A stretch of 64,000 bases of DNA, from contig NEEC01000014.1 of the NCBI GenBank assembly GCA_002189035.1, positions 620,001 through 684,000 on the forward strand, read 5' to 3'. A program made the position numbers and the translations under genes. Position 1 is the stretch's first letter. Each line of letters opens with the position of its first letter. A model generated the notes under the pieces. That model saw only the letters and a program-made list of their open reading frames with translations, was not told where the DNA came from and did no database searches. Below are positions 55,307 to 64,000 of the stretch, in pieces. The DNA comes from Utricularia gibba (taxonomy: Eukaryota; Plantae; Magnoliophyta).

Positions 55307-56143
55307 TTTGCTAAACAACAACGCACAAGTAATCTCATGGAAACAATCGAAGATCCCATCTACAAATAAATCCCCTGGCTTTCCCAGCTTGCCTTCCGCA
55401 ACATCTACCTGGGCGATTCTGAAATCGGGATTCCTTGCTCCAGCCGCAAAACCACAAACAGTGGTTCCAAAAGCAACACCTTTTTTTTTTAATACTGCAC
55501 TGATGGAGAAACCGCAGCTACGGGATATGAATTGATGGGGTTGTTTGGATGCACTGAAATTGCGTATGGGGAGCTTCACACGTAATAGATATTCTTTTTT
55601 GTCATTATTCCTTTGAAGCAAAGTATCTTGTTCCTCTGTACAAACAACAAATTACTTTCAGGAAGGAGAGTGGGGACAGAGGAGCGTGCTGAGGGGATCC
55701 TGGAACGGAATCTGTAGCAGATTCTCTGTAAATAGATTCCACACTGTGGGGAAGATGAGATAGATTCCTTATTTAATTTTTTTTTTAAAAAATATTTTTA
55801 AATTATAAATTGAATATATATTTTCCAATTCATTTAAATTTGTTTGTATTAATTAATTGGTATATATTATTACTACATTTCACTGTTTCAATAAAGACGA
55901 TTATATTAGAAAAATTTACTTGATATTGAGATTACCAATCTACCCCTATTAGGGATCAAGTTGTAAATTCATTATTTTTTTTTTATGATAAGTGTAGAAA
56001 TTAAAAATAAAATTAATATTATTTATGTATTGCCTTACCCAATACATATGTATCGACGGGGGTTTGCCGGCGGTGAGGAGAGCCCGCCGATGTTCCATTC
56101 CGCTTCGCTTTTGAAGGGGTTTTGACGAAGTCAACAGATACAA

Positions 56144-57277
56144 ATGCAGATGTGGTTCTCCGCGGAAAATGGCGGCAGCGAGAAGGCGGCCACGGCGCCA
56201 TCGTCTTCGCTGCTCGCTGATTGGAACTCCTACGCCGCTTCCAGATCTTCGGAGGAGATCGGGGGTGCCGGCACCTTGAGTGGCGTCTTCGACATCGAAG
56301 CGGCTGTTCGCACCGCCAACGATACCTTTTCCGGCACCTTCAATGTGTAAGATTCAGATCTACTGCGCTAGTTGTTCGTTGAAACGAAATCAATTAGGGT
56401 TTTGTTGGTTTAATTGCTACGATTTTTTAGAACACTGAATTAGCCGTGCTTAGTTGAATCTGAATATAGTGGATCAAGCTCGGATATTTTGATCGTTTGC
56501 CTTGTGCAATCCAGATGGCGAACCGTTGTGTTCAGAGAGAGTGGCTGAATATGATAATCTTTTTTCCGCAGAGTTTCGAAAGGAGTAAGGGATATTCCCG
56601 GAAGCTTGCAGTCTGCCACGAGCAGCATCCCATCGGGAAAGTCACTCATGTACTTCGGCTTGCTTCTGGCAACTGGCAGTTTCTTTGTGTTTCTGGCATT
56701 CACCATGTTTCTTCCAGTTATTGTTTTGATGCCTCAGAAATTTGCCATCTGTTTCACTTTGGGCTGTGTTTCCATTGTCGGATCCTTTTTCGCCCTCAGA
56801 GGGCCAAAAAATCAGCTTGAGCACATGTCATCAAGGGAGGTAAATTAACTTGATAAAAAAACTGTTCTTTTTTTTTAATCATCTTGTGTTTATTGTCACT
56901 CCTGCATTCATTTCTTGTAGAGACTTCCCTTCACCTTGGGGTTCATTGGCTGTATGGTTGGGACCGTATACGTTTCTATGGTGCTACACAGCTATGTTCT
57001 GTCCCTGGTTTTCTCCCTGCTGCAGGTACCTGAATCTTTACCTTCCATTTTATCAACTTCTCTGTATTTCTGGATATGACATGCAGAATTGGATCTTGGG
57101 CAACGGCTTTATCATTTAGATGAAACAAGGACAATGGATTGACTCCGGATATTGTCGCGTTTGCAGGTTCTGGCACTAGCGTACTATGCCATCTCCTACT
57201 TCCCAGGCGGCCACGCAGGGCTCAAGTTCATCACTTCATCATTGACATCTACTGTTTTGAAATGTTTTGGTAGATGA
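56144..57277 (+). CDS. SFT2: Got1/SFT2-like vesicle transport membrane protein, 4 exons
   Basis: SLLADWNSY, PQKFAICFTLG, FFALRGPKNQL, RLPFTLGF, YYAISYFPGG; several hydrophobic segments. Confidence 0.88.
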
Positions 57278-57933
57278 AATGTCGTGTGGCAGTTCTAATA
57301 GTTACAACATAAGATTAACCTTAAGGTAAGAATGCCCGACTTCTCATGGAAACCTGAAAGTGTATGAACGCATGAATACTTGATCACAGTTCAGTTCTCT
57401 TTAACGTACATGTTGTAGCCATATCTTTGCACACATTTACGGAATTGGTTTTTCATCAAACATGCAAGAGCTTGCTTCTATTCATGACTTGAATTTGGGC
57501 ATCCAGTATAAAAGCAAACAATCTATTGATGCTTTGTATGTGCTTCCAAGCCGACTACTACAAACCTGTGTAATGTCAGCTGCTCTCCCTGTGTTTTGCT
57601 TAGCTTCGTAGCTAAGCATATGGACAGTGAATCACAATTTGGCAGGTCAAAACACAAGAAGGCAGAAAAGAACAAGTGCTCCGTGATCCCCACACATTTC
57701 TTTGCATGGAAGATTCAAACTCTTGAATGAAAAAAACAAGCGATTTCTGCTTTAAAGTTCCACACCTACTCATCAGCTTTTGCTTTTCAAAAGGTAACCT
57801 GACCGACTCCACTCAAACAACCTCAATCTCCTCTTGCCCTCAAATCCACTTGCAAACTAAGAAACATCAGCCTGGATTCGCTTTATATTCATTCATTCTG
57901 ATGCTTTTTAACATCTTTCATTGTGAAGATCTC

Positions 57934-58686
57934 ATGGATTTTCTTCCACCTCCTCCTCCCCCTCCATACTCACCATCCCACATCTCGCAGACGAGCTCAT
58001 CACCAGCTTCATCTAAACAACACAGTATTCAGCAGAATTCAACCCGAGAATTCCTTCAAAGTAGGCAAACAGACATACAGCTCCGTCTGAGGGAGAAGCC
58101 GATTATCAGGGAGCCTCGAAGAACTAATCCGATCATATGGTGTGTTGCTGTTCTCTGCTTGTTCTTCAGCATTCTACTCATCACCTTTGGGGTAGTGACT
58201 TTAATCATTTTCATTGATGTTAAACCAAGAACTCCAGCATTTGATACACCAGCAGCGAGTCTCGGTGTCATCTACTTCTACTCTCCAGAGCTTTTGAATG
58301 GTAACTTAGCAATCCTGGCCAACTTCTCAAATCCAAATAAGAAGTTGGCAGTAAGATTTCAGCACCTGCACTTCGACCTCTGCTTCCAAGGGAGTCCAAT
58401 AGCCAGCCAAGTCATTCAACCATTTAGTCAGAGACCTAAGGAGTCAAGGTTGATGCAAATCAATTTCCTGTCAAGCTTGGTGCATCTAGCACCCAATCTT
58501 GCACTTGAACTGCGGCAGCAAGACCAGCAGAATCGAATCTTTATTGAAATCAAAGCAAAGTTCAGAGTCATAATAAGGCTGGGTCTGATTCACTATTCTT
58601 ACTGGTTACATGGAGAATGCAATCTAGAGATGTCAAGCCCACCAACTGGTGCATTGATCACACACAGCTGCAGAACCAAGAGATAG
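57934..58686 (+). CDS. NDR1/HIN1-like (LEA_2 domain) protein, intronless
   Basis: Pro-rich N-terminus, RRTNPIIWC followed by a TM helix, KPRTPAFD, NFSNPNKK; ends SCRTKR*. Confidence 0.88.
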   Translation: MDFLPPPPPPPYSPSHISQTSSSPASSKQHSIQQNSTREFLQSRQTDIQLRLREKPIIREPRRTNPIIWCVAVLCLFFSILLITFGVVTLIIFIDVKPRTPAFDTPAASLGVIYFYSPELLNGNLAILANFSNPNKKLAVRFQHLHFDLCFQGSPIASQVIQPFSQRPKESRLMQINFLSSLVHLAPNLALELRQQDQQNRIFIEIKAKFRVIIRLGLIHYSYWLHGECNLEMSSPPTGALITHSCRTKR

Positions 58687-58933
58687 CAGGTAAACAAATT
58701 TTTGAACTCTTTGCTCCTGCCATGGTTGTGGAGATTAAACAAAATGATACCAAATTTTGAATTTCTCACAATAACATGATATCAGTGAGAAGTGTCTCAT
58801 GTAAATAAATAGATCAAAGAAGTGAAAAACTAGCTGTAGTTCTGAACATAGATTTAGAACTTCATTGTAACTTGAGATGGAACTGTATTTTCAACATGAA
58901 TGAAAAATAGAAACTATTATACTTCACTATGCA

Positions 58934-59977
58934 TCAAACTTCAGCGGGTGTCTTTGCTTCGATGGACAATGCATGTAATCCGCTCTCTAACTCTTCTTGC
59001 AGCAAGCTGTAAATTAATCGATGCCTTTTAATCAAGCTCTTCCCATCAAACTCCTCAGAAACCACTTTTACATTGAAATGAGTCTCCCCATCACTGCCCT
59101 CAACACCAGCATGATGAGCATGTTGATAAGATATATCCTCAACTTCTAATGCTATCGGCCTGAGCTCCTTCTCCAGCTTTTCTTTGATCCTCGTCCCCCT
59201 ACTTCCCAGTTCACTTCCATTTATCAACTTCTCCTCGTTCGTTGAGGGTGTTTCACCCTTTTTCTCTCTATGTACAAAATCACCATTTGGGGTTACATTC
59301 GAACTATTGGCTGAGCTTTTTCCTGAAGATTCAGCTTTCAAATCATCTGCTCGAACAGATTCAACATACAGTTGCAAAGCTTTCTTTTGCATCATCTTCA
59401 GCATATTTAAGAACCCATTGTTCCTAGAAGGAGTTAAACTCCTTTGCAGTCCCAATAAGACCACAAAATCTGGGGAAACTTTCACAATCTCCTCCACGGA
59501 CTGGCCAGAAAGGCCTTGTACGAGCAAAGCAGCGAGCCCTTTTGTTAGAACAGAGTCAGAATCTGCTTCAAAGATTATTTTTTTATCACTGTCCAAATAG
59601 GCTCGCACCCAAACCTGCGAAACGCAGCCTTGAACCTTGTTGTCACTCGTCTTGTAAAGAGCATCCAAGGGCTCCAAGTTCTTACCATAGAATAACAATT
59701 GCTCGTACTTAGCCTTCGGGTCTTCAACTCCGGCAAAAAGATTTATAATCTCCTGGAGCTTCTGCGGGAGCTCCTCCACAGGTTGCAGAGAAGATGGTGA
59801 AGACGTCGCAGAAAGAGGTTGTTCCTTGGCAGATATTCTCTCAATCGAGATGTTATTGGCGAAGAATAATCTTGGACAGGTACTAATCGAAGATGGGATT
59901 TTTCCCGGCGCAACGAATCGAGGGTTTGCGCGACGAAAAATCGCAGAGCAATTGAAAAATTTGGCTGAAATCGCCAT
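58934..59977 (-). CDS. SUFE1: SufE-like Fe-S assembly protein with C-terminal BolA domain, intronless
   Basis: KYEQLLFYG, NKVQGCVSQVWV, ADSDSVLTKGL, LTPSRNNGF; BolA EDISYQHAHH...ETHFNVKVVSEEF...RHRLIY. Confidence 0.96.
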   Translation of the reverse strand: MAISAKFFNCSAIFRRANPRFVAPGKIPSSISTCPRLFFANNISIERISAKEQPLSATSSPSSLQPVEELPQKLQEIINLFAGVEDPKAKYEQLLFYGKNLEPLDALYKTSDNKVQGCVSQVWVRAYLDSDKKIIFEADSDSVLTKGLAALLVQGLSGQSVEEIVKVSPDFVVLLGLQRSLTPSRNNGFLNMLKMMQKKALQLYVESVRADDLKAESSGKSSANSSNVTPNGDFVHREKKGETPSTNEEKLINGSELGSRGTRIKEKLEKELRPIALEVEDISYQHAHHAGVEGSDGETHFNVKVVSEEFDGKSLIKRHRLIYSLLQEELESGLHALSIEAKTPAEV

Positions 59978-60219
59978 ATCCTGTGGCTTAACGACTGAAA
60001 GGGGTAACATTTCAATGCCACCGGAATCGGTACGGAATTATTTCATCGCTCGGAGAAGGTTCCTTCCCACAAATAAATAATTTTTTTTATCTCAGATAAT
60101 TCCTTTAATTATTTATAATATATCTAAATATATATTTTTTACGATTTAAGAATCAATTAACATATTCAACGAGAAAAAAAAGTGAACACACGTCGATAAT
60201 CATCTTGTGAAGGAAGAAG

Positions 60220-62769
60220 CTAGGCAACCACCGGGCATCCGGCGGCCACCACGCCGGGCGCCGTCGGGCAAGTCGCCAGTGGGCAGTGGTCATCGGCATC
60301 CAGCCCCCACCAGTTGGGCCCCGAGATATCATACGACTGAAGAGTGAAATACAGCAGCACCCCAAGGAAGGCCACTCCGGCATCAAGGGCGGCGGCGAGC
60401 ACGTAGGCGTGTCTCGCCCACCACTTCTTGTACGCCCTGTAGATGTAAATGTTGAAGAAGATTCCCACGATCCCCCACATTATGTAATTCACCGCCCTCG
60501 CCGGAGGCATGCTCATCGTCGCGCTGGTGATCAGCGGCACGTTGATCAGCTGCAGCCACCGTTTCTCGGGAAACTTCCGGGAGAGCAGATAAAACGGAAC
60601 CGGGAGTACGAAGCCGACCAGGAACCACCAGTTCATTGCGCCGTACACTCCTTTGCTGGTGAACATTCTCATTGGACCGATGACTCCCCATATGATGGAG
60701 GCGTTGTAGAACACATCGTCGCCGGGCATGTCCAGGGGCTCCCGGCGGGCAAAAGCGCCTGGTCGCAGATGTTTTCGATGGAAGTCAGGAGCCACCACGA
60801 TGTGTGGAAGTAGACTGAAGAGGCTACTACTGTGCCAACCAGCTGAACCATGAACATTGACCTTGGAGGGATTTTCATGTAGTGGCCTAATTTGAAGTCC
60901 CTGAGGAACCCAAGCGCCTGGGACATGCTGATGTATCCGTAGGTTTTGAAGCTCACGTTCGCCAGAGGGCGGCCGGGGTATATGTATCCGATCACCATCT
61001 CCGTTATGATGTTGAGTCCTAGTTGCTGGTTTGTGGTGGCCTGAATGATTCCTACTGGGAGAGTGAAGAAGAGGGCCAGCCCGCAAGCCATTATCAAGCC
61101 CCACCATGGGAGCTGGAGCTGCTTGTCGAAGCCTTCAACTGTGAGAACTGAAAGCCCAAAAACTGCCAACAGCATGATTACAAACCAGAGCTCCGGCACT
61201 GATCTGTAATTCGTCTTCATTAGTCTCCCATGAATGTCCAACTTCACAGTGCTCTTAGCCTTGCTCCAAAGCTTCCATATTGTCCTGCAGCAGTCATAAC
61301 ATCCGCAGTTCAGTAGGAATCCAAGGACAAAGAAGAAGCAGAGGTATTCAAGGTGCACTCACTTTCCATGGTAAAGAGCAACATGGGAAATAGTAGCAGC
61401 AAGTGAAGCAAAACCCAATCCATAAGTGAAAGCGAAGAAGATGCTCAGATGGAGCTTGCTGTAAGAGTTGTATCCTTCAATGTTGAGATCGAAATCCTTA
61501 GAATTGAGCACACGGGAGATGTTGTAGGGGCGGCCATCTTTATCAAAGGTGTGGGATGAGAAGATGGGGAACTTCTTGGCGTCAAAGAAGTTGCCGAAAT
61601 AGTTGATTGGCAGCATCACATACATCACAAGAACGAAACCGACAAGAGAATTTATTGTAGCGAAACCAGGGCTGGCAATTGGGTTCCCGAGATAGCTAGC
61701 GGTTGCCCAATCCAGACCGAAGGATCCCAAACCCATACCATGAAGACCGGATCCTATTTGCTGGATCAAAGTTGAGTTCTGGCGGAGCAGACAGAGGATG
61801 GAGATGCAGGAGATCGTGGGGAAGAAATAACCAGGGACCACATAGTAAGCGAAGCTTGAAACGAAGACTACGAGGAAGAATTGGAGCCGGGAAAGTCCTC
61901 CTTTAGATCGTATATCCTCTTCGTGAAGCGCGCTGTGAAAAAAATTTCAACTGGTTCACATTTTTTGATGGACATAAAGAAGACAAGAAAAAATGGAGTA
62001 ACTTTTACCGGAAAAGCGAGACTTGAATCAAGCTATCCGGCCACCACATGAACGGAGAATCTACGAGGAGACGGCGGTATATCCCGGCCCACCCATAACC
62101 CAGTAACTGAAAAACATTAAAAAACAAACGCAAATAAGATTCTGAAAAATATCTCATCGAAGATTCTGCAACTGATAACCTGGGTTGTTTGGGCGAGGAG
62201 CCACCCGGCGAGAGGATTCAACTGGCGATGGTAAAAGGCTTTGACGATGGTAACAATACTGACAGCATAAACACCGCCGGAGCCGCAGCTCGCGAAAATG
62301 GTAATCAAAACGTGTTCTTTCATATTAAACGGACCGGGATTGAAGGAAAACTTGTACTTCACAAACGGAATTGTGAATTGGGTAGTCGGCAGAGCTCTGG
62401 CCATCAGTTTACCGAGAGGCAAAGTAACGATCTGCGCCGTTACCGACGAGATAGAGAGCGGATTTTGCCTGTACCCGAAAAACTGGTTCAAGAACGCCAA
62501 AAGCGCGCACGACAACAGTCCAAGCACCCACGTCCTGAAAGTGAGCGCCGGCTGCGAAGAATCGTCGGTTGTCGGAACCGTGAGACGCACCTGCTCAATC
62601 GGGCAGTCGTTTTCTTCTCCATCGTCACCTTCAAAACAACAGCAACAAAAAAATCACACACCCAGAAAGAACACCTCAACACATGAGACAGAAGTCTAAT
62701 AGTTTTCACAATACCACCACCAATTTCAAGCTTGAAATCACGACTGCCGAGGATTTCGACGTCTGCCAT
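60220..62769 (-). CDS. OPT: Oligopeptide transporter (PT clade, OPT1/OPT5-like), 5 exons; -1 frameshift at 60724-60726
   Basis: [29 protein letters not shown] (NPG motif), [13 protein letters not shown] (KIPPR motif), PWTCPGDDVF once one C is added; ends GCPVVA*. Confidence 0.93.
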
Positions 62770-63560
62770 TGTCCAGATCCGGCCGGCGAGGAAGAAGACG
62801 TTACAGAAATCAGAGGCGAATGTGTGGGGGAGTTTTAATGGTGCCCGCCACTAAACAAATACTCATCACGTGAAATCAGCGCCTCATAAGGTAACCGCAA
62901 TTTTTGTATCTCCAGATTCTTTTGCATTTAAAACCCTTTTCCAGAATTATGTACCTCTCCTTCTTTTCCCATATGAAAGTAAATTTTCATTATGATAACT
63001 TTCCATATATTTGGCACAGGATTTAAATATAGTAAAAATTATTATTATTTTTTAATGTAATATCTTATAATTGGAAAATATCAAATCTTTTATTTCAATC
63101 ATTGGTAAATCTTATCTGATATATTTATCAGCATTTTTTCTTCTACTATTCTATGTAGGAAAAGGATACAATCCTAAATATCTGCTTATTGAGTAAGATG
63201 GATAATGACACACGTGTGAATTCAAGAAAGGGGCTTATGAATGAGGCGTGAAGTCCAACAAAACTGCACATGGTCTCTATTCTGCTAACAGCAGTCCGTT
63301 GAGTGGGGAGGTGCATGTTTGCAAGAAAAGTCATGTTTGAAAGCGATGTGGGAATGTGGATTTTGTTGAAAATTATTGTGTAGAGTACAGCTGAGTGATA
63401 TCCCAATTTTCTGAGTGACTGATTTCAATTTTTGGAATTAGAAAACCAATCCATTTTCTAACAGCAACAGCAGACAGGCGATGAGTTGCAACCCTCATTC
63501 ATTCACAGGGTTGAAAGCAAGAAATGAGTTGGACTGGACCTCCTGAGTGATGGTGGTGTC

Positions 63561-64000
63561 TTAGTAATGCTCCTGATAGATTGCACCGAACTCTGCTCGC
63601 CAGGCTTGATCCTCGTTGTGAGGAGCAACGGTGATCGTGTCATCTGAATAAATTGGTGGTCTTAGAGCTGCCTCGGGCAATCTGCTCTCAGCAAGGTACT
63701 GTTTCATCGTAGACATCTCAATCTTGTGCTTCTGCTTCAGGTTCTCTATTTGCTTTCTCATCTTTTCATTGTCTTCCTTCATGTACCTCTGTTGTTCCTG
63801 CATGTATCGATCAGATCATGTCAGCAGATGAATTCTCCTCGAAATGAACTGTTTTAGCTATTTATTTTACCTCTGCTTCTGAGGCTGCTTCCTCAGCTTG
63901 CCTTAGTCTCACTAGAAGCTCACCCGCAGCGTGCACGGCTTCAGCAGTGTCCTTGAGCTGAATTCTAAGGCTTTTGTTTTCCTTTCTAAGCAGTGTCCTC
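63561..64000 (-). CDS. KIN12B: Kinesin-12 (PAKRP1/KIN12A/B-like) C-terminal tail, partial; gene continues beyond the window
   Basis: [33 protein letters not shown] and [12 protein letters not shown]...[16 protein letters not shown]. Confidence 0.85.

Overview
Eukaryotic nuclear DNA from a flowering plant (eudicot-like genes) with a very compact genome. I count about 28 loci in 64 kb, most introns are 70-150 nt, and I see no recognisable transposon, rRNA, tRNA or CRISPR array; the species cannot be determined from the sequence. Gene order: CBL2/3 (partial), RabB/Rab2, an inverted head-to-head pair of AGPase small-subunit (APS1) genes, WD40 protein, peroxisomal NADP-ICDH, 2-hydroxyacid dehydrogenase, a Gly/Arg-rich putative mitochondrial protein, PPAT/CoaD, HEMC, BOI-type RING E3, PORR protein, 2OG-Fe(II)-oxygenase-like protein, RPL41, group I WRKY, WIP (KASH), ARID-HMG, MSI4/FVE, CML21, MYB80, a decayed HsfA1, a small plastid DnaJ, BTB/POZ, SFT2, NHL/LEA_2, SUFE1, OPT and KIN12 (partial). 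I found no clearly new biological system. The most notable signals are: (1) the inverted APS1 duplicates share a 279-bp identical tract suggesting gene conversion; (2) the HsfA1 copy is a real pseudogene with a CpG-deamination signature; (3) precise intron losses; (4) a U12-type intron and a GC-AG intron. Seven otherwise intact genes each carry a single -1 frameshift in or beside a homopolymer, most likely a consensus error. All exon models and alignments were made by eye, and family assignments are from memory rather than database searches.
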